This document shows, in pieces, positions 1 through 15,018 of a stretch of DNA of 64,000 nt. The position numbers and the translations under genes were made by a program. The DNA is from the human T2T-CHM13v2.0 reference genome, Homo sapiens. Numbering within the stretch: the stretch's first letter is position 1; each line of letters starts with the position of its first letter. The stretch lies in NCBI RefSeq assembly GCF_009914755.1, contig NC_060936.1; one strand, 5' to 3'. The notes beneath the pieces were generated by a model. The model did no database searches. It saw only the letters and a program-made list of their open reading frames with translations, and had not been told where the DNA came from.

Positions 1-993
1 TAGTTTGTATTCCTGTTGGATTGGTGGTGATATCCACTTTATCATTTTTTATTGCATCTATTTGATTCTTCTCCCTTTTCTTCTTGATTAGTCTTGCTAG
101 CGGTCTATCAATTTTGTTGATCTTTTCAGAAAACCAGCTCCTGGATTCATTGATTTTTTTTTTTGAAGGGTTTTTTGTGTTTCTGTTTCCTTTAGTTCTG
201 CTCTGATCTTAGTTATTTCTTGTCTTCTGCTAGCTTTTGAATGTGTTTGCTCTTGCTTCTCTAGTTCTTTTAATTGTGATGTTAGGGTGTCGATTTTAGA
301 TCTTTCCTGCTTTCTCTTGTGGGCATTTAGTGCTATAAATTTCCCTCTGCACACTGCTTTAAATGTGTCCCAGAGATTCTGGTACGTTATGTCTTTGTTC
401 TTTATTTCTGCCTTCATTTTGTTACGTACCCAGTAATTCAGGAGCAGGTTGTTCAGTTTCCATGTAGTTGTGTGGTTTTGAGTGAGTTTCTTAATCCTGA
501 GTTCTAATTTGATTGCACTATGGTCTGAGAGACAGTTTGTTGTGATTTCTGTTCTTCTACATTTGCTGAGGAGTGCTTTACTTCCAATTATGTGGTCAAT
601 TTTAGTATAAGTGCTATATGGTGCTGAGAAGAATGTATATTCTGTTGATTTGGGATGGAGAATTCTGCAGCTGTCTATTAGGTCTGCTTAGTGCAGAGCT
701 GACTTCAAGTCCTGGATATCCTTGTTAACCTTCGTTCTCGTTGATCTGTCTAATATTGACAGTGGGGTGTTAAAGTCTTCTGTTATTATTGTGTGGGAGT
801 CTAAGTCTCTTTGTAGGTCTCCAAGGACTTGCTTTATGAATCTGGGTGCTCCTGTATTGGGTGCGTATATATTTAAGAGAGTTAGTTCTTCTTGTTGAAT
901 TGATCCCTTTACCATTATGTAATGGCTTTCTTTGTCTCTTTTGATCTTTGTTCGTTTAATGTCTGTTTTATCAGAGACTAGGATTGCAACCCC

Positions 994-1033
<40 letters not shown>

Positions 1034-1234
1034 TTCCATTTGCTTGGTAGATCTTCCTCCATCCTTTATTTTGAGCCTGTGTGTGTCTCTGCACTTGAGA
1101 TGGGTCTCCTGAATTCAGCACACTGATGGGTCTTGGCTCTTTATCCAATTTGCCAGTCTGTGTCTTTTAACTGGGGCATTTAACCTATTTACATTTAAGG
1201 TTAATATTGTTATGTGTAAATTTGATCCCGTCAT
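1..1234 (-). pseudogene. Disrupted L1 ORF2p N-terminal (endonuclease) region
   Basis: Fragments 688-1062 and 97-417 carry ORF2p motifs. It is interrupted by a T34 tract and a small deletion near 400. Confidence 0.92.
997..1030 (+). repeat. T34 homopolymer inside L1 ORF2
   Basis: Counted directly. Confidence 0.95.
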
Positions 1235-1297
1235 TATGATCTTCGCTGGTTATTTTGACCGTTAATTGAGGCACTTTCTTCATAGCATTGATGGTCT

Positions 1298-2321
1298 TTA
1301 CAATTTGGCATGTTTTTGCAGTGGCTGGTACTGGTTGTTCCTTTCTATGTTTAGTGCTTCCTTCAGGAGCTCTTGTAAGGCAGGCCTGGTGGTGACAAAA
1401 TGTCTCAGCATTTGCTTGTCTGTAAAGGATTTTATTTCTCCTTCACTTATGAAGCTTAGTTTGGCTGGATATGAGATTCTGGGTTGAAAATTCTTTTCTT
1501 TAACAATGTTGAATATTGGCCCCCACTCTTTTCTGGCTGTAGGGTTTCTGCTGAGAGATGCGCTGTTTGTCTGATGGGCTTCCCTTTGTGGGTAACCCGA
1601 CCTTTCTCTCTGGCTGCCCTTCACATTTTTTCCTTCATTTCAACCTTGGTGAATCTGACAATTATGTGTCTTGAGGTTGCTCTTCTTGAGGAGTATCTTT
1701 GTGGTGTTCTCTGTATTCCCTGAATTTGAATGTTGGCCTGCCTTGCTAGGTTGGAGAAGTTCTCCTGGATAATATCCTGCAGAGTGTTTTCCAATTTAGT
1801 TCCATTCTCCCTGTCACTTTCAGGTACACCAATCAAACATAGATTTGGTCTTTTCACATAGTCCCATATTTCTTGGAGGCTTTGTTCGTTTCTTTTTCTT
1901 CTTTTTTCTCTAATCTTGTCTTCTTGCTTTATTTCATTCATTTGATCTTCAATCACTGATATCATTTCTTCCACTTGATCAAATCAGCTATTGAAGCTTC
2001 TGCATGCGTCACAAAGTTCTCATACCATGGTTTTCGGCTCCATCAGGTCATTTAAGGTCTTCTCTACACTGGTTATTCTAGTTAGCCATTCATCTAACCT
2101 TTTTTCAAGGTTTTTAGTTTCCTTGGATGGATTAGAACATAAACTTTTAGCTCAGAGAAGTTTGTTATTACCGACCTTCTGAAGCCTACTTCTGTCAACT
2201 CGTCAAAGTCATTCTCCGTCCAGCTTTGTTCCTTTGCTGGTGAGGAACTGCGATCTTTTGGAGGAGAACAGGCGCTCTGGTTTTTAGAATTTTCAGCTTT
2301 TCTGCTCTGGTTTCTTCCCAT
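1298..2321 (-). pseudogene. Disrupted L1 ORF1p
   Basis: Split across three ORF-track fragments (2094-2321, 1621-1974, 1298-1624) in different frames. Confidence 0.92.
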
Positions 2322-2921
2322 CTTTGTGGTTTTATCTACCTTTGGTCTTTGATGTTGGTGACCTACAGATGGGATTTTGGTGTGGATGTCCTTTTTGTTG
2401 ATGTTGATGCTATTCCTTTCTATTTGTTAGTTTTCCTTCTAACAGGTCCCTTAGCTGCAGGTCTGTTGGAGTTTGCTGGATGTCCACTCCAGACCCTGTT
2501 TGCCTGGGTATCACCAGTTGAGGCTGCAGAACTGCAAATATTGCAGAACAGCAAATGTTGCTGCCTGATCCTTTCTGTGGAAGCTTCGTGCTAGAGGGAC
2601 ACCTGCCTGTATGAGGTTTCTGTCTGCCCCTACTGGAAAGCATCTCCCAGTTAGGCTACATGGGGGTCAGTGACCCACTTGTGGAGGCGGTCTGTCCATT
2701 CTCAGAGCTCAGACACCATGCTGGGAGAACCACTACTCTCTCCGGAGTTGTCAGACAGGGATGTTTAAGTCTGCAGAAGTTTCTGCTGCCTTTTGTTCAG
2801 CTATGCCGTGCCCACGAAGGTGGAGTCTATAGAGGCAGTAGGCTTTGTTGTGCTGTGCTGTGGTGGGCCCTGCCCAATTTGAGCTTCCCGGTCACTTTGT
2901 TTACCTACTCAAGCCTCAGCA

Positions 2922-3083
2922 ATGGCAGACACCCCTTCCCCTACCAGGCTGCAGCCTCGCAGGTCGATCTCAGACTGCCGCACTAGCAGTGAGCAAGGCT
3001 CTGGCCGTGGGACCTGCCAAGCCAGGCATGGGAGAGAATCGCCTGGTCTGCCAGTTGCTAAGACCATGGGAAAAGCACAGTAG
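2922..3083 (+). pseudogene. L1 ORF0 homologue (antisense ORF in the 5'UTR), frameshifted, 53 codons
   Basis: gcaATGG start. MADTPSPTRLQPRRSISDCRTSSEQGS resembles ORF0 (MAGAPPPASLPPCSLISDCCASNQRDS). The ORF0-like continuation VGPAKPGMG... lies in another frame. TAG at 3081-3083. Confidence 0.7.
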
Positions 3084-3675
3084 TTAGCTGGAGTGTCCAG
3101 TTTTTCCAGGTACAGACTGTCGTGGCTTCCCTCGACTAGGAAAGGGAAATCCCCCGACCCCTTGTGCTTCCTGGGTGAGGCGACGCCCTGCCCTGCTTTG
3201 GCTCACCCTCTGTGGGCTGCACCCACTGTCCAACCAGTCCCAATGAGATGAACCAGGTACCTCAGTTGGAAATGCAGAAATCACCCATCTTCTGCATCGA
3301 TCACACTGGGAGCTGCATACCAGAGCTGTTCCTATTCGGCCGTCTTGGAACAGTACCTGTCAGTTGTTAATTTTTATTTACTCTCACATATAAATTTCAA
3401 AGTGGATTGAGAAAAGTTCCCCTCTGAGTGGTTTTTTCTTTTTTCTTTTGTAAATAAGATAGAAAAGCTTACAATTTTTCACATACCTTTGGGTAAAAAA
3501 GGTGATCATGACTACTGACTTTTAATCTGCAACTAGAATAGAAAAGTATACAATAATTAATATTTTGCAAACATGTATAGAAAAATCTATCTAATTTCTG
3601 CTGTAACCCTGTGCACTTGTTACTTTATTTTCTATAAGTAATGAGAAATTATTTGGATAATAAGATAGTAATTGT

Positions 3676-3967
3676 GGCCATGCACAGTGGCTCACACCTT
3701 TAATCCAAGCACTTTGGGATACTGAAGTGGGAGGATTGCTTGAGCCTAGCCAAGTTCAAGACCAGCCTAGGCAATGTAGCGAGACCCAATCTCTACTAAA
3801 AATATAAATAAATTAGCCAGGTGTGGTGGCATGCACCTGTAGTCTCAGCCACTCAGGCAGCTGAGGCAGCAGGATCGTTTGAGCCTGGGAGGTTGAGGCT
3901 GCAGTGAGCCATGATTGTGCCACTGCACTCCAGCCTGGGCTCCAGAGTGAGACCCTCTCTTAAAAAA
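3676..3967 (+). mobile_element. AluJ-like
   Basis: Dimeric Alu with ggattgcttgagcct. Flanking repeat agtaattgt. Confidence 0.9.
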
Positions 3968-4189
3968 GTAATTGTAATAAGTTGTTTAATAGCTTTTTGA
4001 AGTCCAAATGAACTTACTTAGGAGCTACCTTGGCCATGCATTCTAAACTTCTAAAATTACCACTTTCTTAGTATTGTCCACCCATGATAACCTGGAGTAA
4101 AGCATTTAATTTTTCTATATGTCTTTCCAGGTATATAAAGCAGTGATTGAATTTACCTGTTTGTCTTCTGAGAGATGTTTTGTGAATAA

Positions 4190-4496
<307 letters not shown>

Positions 4497-5029
4497 TAAA
4501 TTTTTAGTGTAGTTAATTACTGCAAATTAACAGAGATTCAGGCATAGTATAGATTGCCTTCTCATTTATAGCAACTTGCCTGATACTATGCAGTTTGAGA
4601 AAGTAAATTGAAACTCATTTTCTCATGGTAACAGTGTACAAAGGGAAATTATACTAAGGGCTGTTTACCGTGTTTTATAGAAATTACAAATAAATATAAA
4701 TGCTATACAGAGTTTTTCCCAATAACTTGAATTGTTGAACAAGAAAATATAATCTAAAATCATATTTGACTTCTGATGACAGAATGTGAAAGTTTCAGTT
4801 CATGTTCTTGTGATTGTCGCCTTATTTTTGTTGTAACCAAAAGAAGATGAATAAGTGAAAGTTTTCACAGTTTGGGAATCAGGCTTTTTATAGGAGAGTA
4901 TCTGTTAGGTATCTTTGAGGAGACTTGTAGAAGCCTCAGGCATAGTGGATAACCTTTTTGAGAAACCGAACAGGTAGATGCTGGTTGTCCCATTACCGTT
5001 TTTCTTACTGCCCAAGCAGCGGTTACTAC

Positions 5030-5215
5030 ATAGGGCTTCTCTATTTGGGGGGGGGGGGTGGTCTGTGGATCTGCATGGGTGGGCCTGGAGGAGGAGTATT
5101 GTTGAATCCCCTCAACTGTATGGAAAATGTGTTTATTTATGTACTCGCAGGTCTCTGGTGAGAGGAATCTATAGTTTTCATTAGATTCTTAAGGGGTCCT
5201 TGATCCAAAAGGGGA
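5030..5215. mobile_element. Short hAT-Charlie relic (Charlie4z-like) with an internal G run
   Basis: atagttttcattagattcttaaggggtccttgatccaaaagg resembles the recalled consensus. A second related copy lies near 19910-20072. Confidence 0.55.
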
Positions 5216-6229
5216 CTGGATTGTCAGTTCTGTAAAACTGGGATAATTATGGTACAGAACTCATGAGTCAAGATTTGTTAACTGCATGGTGCCGTAGAAA
5301 TCCTAGCTGACACTGCTGCGTTTTGAAACTGAAAGTCTCAGTTTTCCTGTGCTGTCATCATCAGTTCCCATACTGAGGTTTCGTAAGGTTTGCCTGCTTT
5401 AAAATGGGTGCACTACAGTGGCTTCCCTTGGGTACTGGTGGCAAGACAAAAGAAGGAATAGAGAATGTGTGCGTGTTTAAACATTTCTTGACTTTTGACT
5501 TCCTATTAGGAATCTTTGGTCATAGCAGGGATGGAGAGCTTACATCGAATGGCCTGAACAATTAATGCGGTGACAAAAAGGTTCAGCGGTATCCCTAGCT
5601 TCAAGAGCTAGTATTGCTCTCAGGCACCATGGAAGGAACCCCTTAACTTCAGCTCTCTCCTTGCAGTAGAGTGGCAGTGGTAGTTTCTCAGCTAAGAACT
5701 GCCCTCTCCGGCCCCCAGGAAGAAAACGTTCTGATAGCTTCTCTTCCCTAGAAATCTCAGCAAATGGCTCTGATGAAATTATGTATGTGCCAGTTCCTGA
5801 AACCACCTTTGTGGACTGAAGTTCCCTAGTATGCTGATCAGCACTGGCTGGTAATGGAGTTCTGTAAGCCACATAAATGAAAATGGGAAATGGGTACATT
5901 TCTTTTAAATTTTTGTATTATTTTCTTCTAAAGTATTAAATGTGGGAAATCATCTGACATTTCTGTGTACTAAAATATAATTTTTAGTATTAATAATTGT
6001 TAATATAAATATTGGAGGCATAAGACATTTTCTATTTTTCTGTCTTAAAAAACAAAAAACTGATTTTTTTTTTTTTTTTTGTGGGGAGACCCTCAATAGA
6101 CTCTCTCCTTTCCTTGGGTTAGTAGTGTCCATGGCTCTTTATAGAAAATGTATTTGCTTGCCTGAATCTGCTTTTTCACTGTTTTACAGGCATTTTTTTT
6201 TCCATCTATGTCCGGTAGAAAGCAGTAGA

Positions 6230-6420
6230 AAGGGGTTATTTTCTGATATTAGAATGCCTGAATTAAAATCATTACTTCACTACTTACTGGTTGTACAACC
6301 TTAACTGTTAAAGCTTTCTGAGCCTTTGTTTTTCTCATTGTAAAGTTGAACTGCAATAATGCACTTAAAGGGCTTGGTACAGTGTGTGGTGCTAGTAGCT
6401 GTTTATAGTAGTTAATGGAA
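6230..6420 (+). mobile_element. MIR fragment
   Basis: cttcactacttactggttgt...tttctgagcctttgtttttctcattgtaaa resembles the MIR core. Confidence 0.65.
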
Positions 6421-7321
6421 ATCTTATGATTTCAAGTAAAATTATTGTAATGTGTAAAATAACTTAATTACAGGCATTCATGAATGGTCCCATGGCTGAT
6501 TACTATGTCTATAGAATGAATCTGTTAATTGTAATTTTGCGTAGATTCTCTTGGGTAGGATTCCACATGTTAGATTGACATTTTAGTCAAAAAAAAAAAA
6601 AAACCCAAGAACATTATTAAGTTGATGGAGATAGCATATGGTACATTAATATTACTAATAAGCATTACTTATGTTACCGAATTAGATTCTGAAAATATCA
6701 GGAGAGAAATTAGCTTAAAGCACTGAATTGCCAAGTCTGCCTGAGTGTAAGTACATAGTATGTCTTTAATTGATTTTATTCCTCTGGTGACTTTATTCAG
6801 TTTATACCGGGGCTCACTTTTCATAATATTATAATAGGAATGAATAAAAATGAATATATTCATTTACCTTCTATGATAAATAGTTCTGATTAGAATCATT
6901 CATAAGCCACAGTTTGGAGCCAATGAGTAAAGACTGAAACTTGGTGAAAGTTTATCTTGCGGTTTTTGGTTTTCTTGCACTTCCCAGTGTAATCCTTTTT
7001 GAGTTCTTCAGGATTTTTTTAACCTGGGTCAATAGAGTGCTGGAAGTATTTCTACATTTGAGCATTCAAATTAGAGTAAACATTGCTAACTGCGAGGAAA
7101 GAGCAATGGAGCTGAAGTTGCTGGGCTTTGAAAGAGAAAGTTTACCAGCAGCCTGTGATAATATAGGGACACCAGCTGTGGAAGTAGATGTAGAGAGAAT
7201 TCTGTCAGATTTAGGGAATTCATTCCTGTAACTAACCTAATGGCATAGATTGTCAAACACTTAATGTGGTCCGAATGTAGACTTGTTTCCCTGAAAATGT
7301 TTACAAGTAGACAAGGAGTGA

Positions 7322-7938
<617 letters not shown>

Positions 7939-7939
7939 T

Positions 7940-8150
7940 AAGAAGGTGCATAAAGACAGCAACATATATTAAGTGCCAGGCATAATTATAAATACGTGTA
8001 TTGACACATTTAATAGTCATAGTAATGCTATGAGGTAGGTGCTGTTATATTACCCATTTTTGGTTGCTAAGATTAAGGATCAGAAAAGTAATTTGCCTAA
8101 TGTTATGTAGCAATCAGATGGTTATGGCAGGATTGGAACTTAGGCTGAAT
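7940..8150 (-). mobile_element. MIR
   Basis: ctatgaggtaggtgctgttatattacccattttt...ggattggaacttagg. Confidence 0.7.
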
Positions 8151-8175
8151 CACTGAGGTGGTTCCTGGTCAGTCT

Positions 8176-8556
8176 ACTATCTTAGTCGGCTAGGTCTGCC
8201 ATAACAATGTACCACAGTCTCTACAGCTTAAACAGAAATTTTCTCATGGTTCTGGAGGCTGGGAGTCTGGGATTAGAGTGCTGCCACTGTGGTCAGTTTA
8301 TGGTGAGGGCACTCTTCCTGGCTTGCAGATGACCACTGTGTCTCTCTGTTTCCACATGATGGAGAGAGAGACTGTGTGCATGACTGTGTGAACTCCCCTG
8401 TCTCTTATGAGGGAACTAATCCCCTTGTGAGGGCCCCACCCTCTTGACCTCATCTAATCCCAATGACCTTCCAAAGGCCCCATCTCTCCATACCATTGTA
8501 CTGGGGGTTAGAGCTTCAACATATACATTTGGAAGGACACAGTTCAGTTCATAGCA
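8176..8556 (-). mobile_element. MaLR solo LTR (MLT1A-like)
   Basis: ctgccataacaatgtaccacag...ttctggaggctgggagtc...gggggttagagcttcaacatat...catagca. Confidence 0.8.
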
Positions 8557-9062
8557 TCTAGTTATAGATATAAGCATGAACAGATACAATATGGATAGTA
8601 TAAATATTTGATTTGCTAATGTATTGGGAAATTATGAATTTTATAATCTATATTGTCTCATTTCTATGAGTTTTGTTTCATTCACTTGAAAATCCTGCTA
8701 ATATCACCACAGATAAAAGACTGACTTGGATATAACAATGAGTTAATGGAAGGAAAAAGTTTCATAAATAGTACTATAAAGTTAATTTCTTTTCCTGACA
8801 TGCATGTGTAACAGTAATAGCTTCATTTTGTGTAGCTGTAACACTTTACAGTTAACAAAGCACTTGTGTCTCACTTGATTCTTACAAGAGTCATATAAAA
8901 CCACCCATTTTATGGATAAGGAAACTGACATGCAGAGTTAGCCTGTACTTCCATTGCCCTGCCCCACTACTCAGTTAAGCTTTCTGCCAAGTAGCACAGC
9001 TGAATTTTCTTCTGTGTGCATAAGGACAACAGATGAGGTAGTAAAGAAAATATATTTTATAA

Positions 9063-9359
<297 letters not shown>

Positions 9360-11035
9360 ACAAAAAGTAGACTTTTTAGAAAAAACAAAAACAGGAATTT
9401 GGAGTCAACTGACCTGAAGGAATATGGAGGCAGAATCATTTTAACAAAGGGTTGTGCTACTAAATAGTAGATGTGGGTCCTCACTTAGTGAGTCTTAGAA
9501 TTCTCCAATTCAGAGATACCTGGTCTGGGCCCATTTGGCCAGCCTTAGCCAAAAGTAAGACTGCCATTTATTGTACTTTATTTTTTGATGAATCTGCTGT
9601 GGAAATGGAAGCTGCTTCCTGAGTCAGGATGGTGTAGTCTGGTGGTGTAGCATGTTACTCAGACTCTCTGGTCCTCAGGTTGTCTTAAAATCATCATAAT
9701 ATGTGTTGGTGGCACCACATAGGACTTTTTCTGAGGATGAAATAACACAAATGTTAAGTTGCTTTGAAAGATCTCATTATCCCAACTGCTGTAATATCCT
9801 GGGCCTAGAATGCCATATAAATACAGCAACTTAGTTTGAACTGAAACTGCAGCTTCCATATTAAAGAAACAGAATCACAAAATGCATGACTGAAAAAACT
9901 ATTATCTAGGAAATAGTATGTTACACAGGAAATTTACCTAATTGTATCATGTTCATGAAATGTTTGCAAATATTTTTAAGGTTGTGATGAGCATTTCATC
10001 TTGAGTAATTATTCTGAGGTATTTATTCTTTAGATTTCTGCCTTTTAAAATTTGGTATATTAAATATTCTGAAAGTTTATAAAGGTTTATAAATTCAAAA
10101 AATCCTTTTGGTGTAATAGAATTCTTCTGATTCTAGAAGGTGCTGTCATGCATTTGAAAATTAGTGTTTTACTGATAAATAATTCATTGGTAGGGCAAGA
10201 GGTTCCCATTTTAAGGCATTTGAGGGATCTCTTATGTTCAGGATAGGAGATGGAGGATACAGGTTTATTAAGTGAAGAGAGAGCCATCAGATAGTAGAGC
10301 TGATTTTCAAAAATCTTTAATATTTCATGTAAATTTAGAGAAAAGCTTCTTCTGGATGAAAATGTTAGACACTGAATCCCCAAAAATAATTCAACCATTT
10401 ATGAGCCTGTGACCTCTAGTTACTTACAGTGCGCTAGCCCTGTGTATGCCAATACCTTGTGTCCTTTTCCTTTTAAAACAACTGCCAGAACTTGTCTTTG
10501 AAATTGTCTTTTCTTTATTCATTAACAGTTTAATGAACACAGTATCCAAAAGACTAATGTGCTTAATGAGAATGCTTCTTACTGAGCAGATCATTAATCT
10601 TCAATTTCAGGTTCATATGGAGCCTAAAGATCACCTGTTTCCTGTAAACTGTTCACACAAAAGGCTAACCTTGGGAAGCTCAGTGTTGCCTTTTTAATAA
10701 GTATGCCAGCTAACTAAAGAAATAAAACCAAGAACTGTGTTACTAGAGATAATAAATGGTCATAGGTTGTCTTAACTAGTTGGAGCAAAACAATGACTGT
10801 ATAAGTACTAAAAAAGTAACAGCGGCGTTTACCTGAAGATGTTTCACATGAAATGGGAATGAAGAGGTGACATTTCAGACAGGTTTTTGAGGCTAATACT
10901 AATGTCTGCATTGCTGAAACAAACTTGGATCAGAAGTTTTATTCCATGCTCTCCAAATAGTAATTCTTTCCCAATTTCATCTAAAGAAAATGTTTAAGAT
11001 AAAGACAGAAGAAAATATGTCAGAATTATTCTTAA

Positions 11036-11345
<310 letters not shown>

Positions 11346-11424
11346 TTAACTTTTAAAAATGGAGAAGATACAGTACAGCCTTTATGGACATGCTCTGGTT
11401 ACTTAAAAAAAAAAAAAAAAAAAA

Positions 11425-11742
<318 letters not shown>

Positions 11743-11954
11743 AAAATAGTGAAAGTGGAGGTGAGATATGAGGAAACCAAGATGAGCTCTTTGAAAGAAC
11801 AGAGCTGGGACCCTAGAGACTTGGATTCTAGTTTTAACCCGATTACTAACTAGTGTCCTTGGATATACACTTAACCCATCTGGGTCTTAGTTTCCTTAGA
11901 AGCAAACAGTGGGACTAGCAGATCTTCAAAGTCTCTTCCAAATTCTTGATTCTC

Positions 11955-12410
11955 TGTTACTGCATGGCAAACTATACTAGAGCTTAGCGAATTAAGGCAA
12001 CAGCCATTTTATTATATTTCATAGTTTTTGCACAGAGATTCAGCCAGGGCTCAGCTGAGTGGTGTTTAGCTGGCAAACAGTCTGATTCAAGATGGCATCA
12101 GGCATGTTTCTCTGACCTTGGTGAGGATTTGGAAGGCTGGGTTCAGATGGGGCTGTACATTGGAGTGCCTACTTGTGATCCCTCCATCATGGCAGCCCCT
12201 GTAGTGGGACTTACTACAGGGCCCAGAGACTAATGTTCCAGTGAAGAAGACAGAAGATGCATGGTCTTCAAAGACTTAGCCTTCCAAGTCGCAGGTACCT
12301 TTCTCATCATGCACCCTTGGAGGAGGCATTCAAAAGGCTGCCTAGATTCAGGGGGAGGGGCCGTAGCCTCCATCATCTAATGAGAGGAGTTTTAAAGGCT
12401 ATGTTTTAAA
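11955..12410 (-). mobile_element. Old MaLR LTR (MLT1F/G/H-like)
   Basis: agcttagcgaattaaggcaacagccattttatt...gattcagccagggctcagctg...tcaagatggc. Confidence 0.6.
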
Positions 12411-14527
12411 GTTGATATAGTCCCATTCACTGTGTGTGGTAGAGTTTGTTCAATTGTGGTAAACTTACTGTTTTAAACTTAGCCTTCTTGAACCCTTGAC
12501 AAGTTGAAAAGACAGCCTTCTGCCCTCTGAGTGAATACTGATGATCAAAAATAACACCCTATACTCTATTCCTTCTTACCTGTTCATTCTCCGATATAGT
12601 ATTTGCAAACAGACATTTTACTTGTTCAACTAACACTTCGTGGCCCCTCAATCACTTCTTAGGCTTTATTATTGTTATTTAATATAAAGAATACTGTGAT
12701 CTTGAAAAGTAGAGTTTGAGAACATCTTCCATGAGTTTTAACATAGAATGAAGGGCACAGGATGTTTTTCAGCCATTTCATTTCCAATAAATAGTTATTT
12801 GACATAAAGAAGCTTGTGATAGTGCCAGTTTCACCTGGCAGAACACACCATCACACACACAAAAAAATTTAGCAGTTGGAAAATAGCAATTTATGATTAA
12901 ACAACCAAACTGCCTGATTTGATGCTTTTGTGTTTCCATAAAGTGAGATACTTTGAAGCTTCTCTCCTGGAGACTTGTATTTATCCTCAGTATAACAGGT
13001 GGTGGCGTAAAGGGTTGAAAGAAATTATTTAAGCAAATATTACAGGAAAGTGGCCAGAAAACTCCAAATACAAACATATCTGCATCTCCAAAGAAGCATA
13101 ATCATTTTTTTAAAAGTCTAGGTGGGTTTTTTTGTTGTTGTTGTTAACTACTGTTTTTATGAGCTGTTTGTAAGAAATGGTGTATCTCCGTTGTTTCTTA
13201 GGGTACATGCTAAAATTTGGCTGACAATCAGTGTTCTCATTAAATACTCATTTCACCCCTGTGAAGGAGTTCTGTTACCTGGGGTCTGTAAAGCATTGTA
13301 TTGTTGGAGCAGAGCACCCTTCTACTGAGCCAAAACAGTTCTCACATTTTTCTAAGGCTCAAAGTTAACAACATGAAGGTATTAGGGAGAACAGCATTTA
13401 TTTTAATTTTTGTATTTCATTTCTTTACGTTTTGTATATAATGGTTTTGGTCATCAACATATGTTAAGTCAAAATGTAAATATTGGCTCCAAGGGACAAA
13501 TTATGGTAAGGATATAATCTTATATTAATCTCTTTAAGTCAGCTTTAAAGATTTGTGGAAACCTTCACACAACAGGGAATTGTCATGGTTCCTGACTTAC
13601 CTGGATGTGGATATCTTTCTTTTGAGACTTCCTTGGGGACAGAAATCATCACTGAATTTTTCTTGCTTACTCTCTGTAGATACTGGTATAACATTGTTTT
13701 ATTAAAAGCTTACCATGTCTACTTTTTAAACTGTCCCCCCTTGTTCTCCTGAGAAATTTGTTAATAGTGAGACATATATCATGATCATTGCAGGGAGCAG
13801 GGAACATTCTGTAATTCAGGCTATTTAATATCATGTTTGTTTAATTGCATAAGTATTACATTGTCACTGGAAGAAAATGAGAATATACAGAGAAAATGAC
13901 AGCACCTAATAATGTCTGAAGTCTGTGGGAGTCCAGAGCTTGTTTTTCTCATCTCTCTCCAAGCCCCCGCCACTGATCCAGTTGCAGAGAAGAGAAAATA
14001 GAATTCAGAATTCTTAAATGTATAAAGTTATTCATTGTTTTAAATAGTTTACAAAAGGCATGTTGATGCCATTAATAACAATGAAATGTGAATTCAGGGT
14101 CTATGGAAGAAGTACAGGATTTGAAATTTTTAAATATATCTAAATCTGCACATGACTGTAAATTAGAAGATACATGCAAACATTAAGAACCTGGGTTCAA
14201 ATGAACAACCTCTTACAACAAGGATTTAAGGCCTCAAAACATGAAAATGTGTAATTGAGTTGTTCCACCGATGTTACATGAATGTGCAGGTTACTTTGAG
14301 TCAGTTATTATTTTGGTTGTAGATGATAGCCAGTATCATAGTTCACTATCTGTAAAATGAGGAGTTTAGGCTTAGATTACATCCAAAGTTCTTCCCAGCT
14401 TGCTGATGTCATGATTGTGTATTACTAACCCCTATAATGAGGCTAGAAGTGTTTGGTTTACGCTTTAGGTTTGCAAAAGCTCCTCAGAACTCTCCATGTA
14501 ATAATTCACCATTCATCAGGAAAGTTC

Positions 14528-15018
<491 letters not shown>

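Larger units (their letters stand above)
1..3350 (-). mobile_element. LINE-1, L1PA5-7-like: 5'UTR, ORF1 and ORF2 endonuclease region; inactive; continues off the left edge
   Basis: The minus strand begins ttccaagacggccgaataggaacagctc. ORF1 fragments are MGRNQSRKAENSK..., NEQSLQEIWDYVKRPNL and FQPRISYPAKLSF. ORF2 ATG is at about 1234, with EN motifs GVAILVSDK, NIYAPN and DFNTPLS. Multiple frameshifts are present. Confidence 0.96.

Noticed and set aside
1-2321. L1 ORF1/ORF2 as an active retrotransposon
   Set aside because: Multiple frameshifts, a deletion near 400 and a T34 expansion; an old subfamily.
4110-4136. tctttccAG|GTATAT as a recursive splice site
   Set aside because: The regenerated donor is poor and no convincing downstream exon donor was found.
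5540-5899. 119-aa minus-strand ORF
   Set aside because: No recognisable homology. The region looks like a decayed MaLR-type LTR, which I could not assign confidently.
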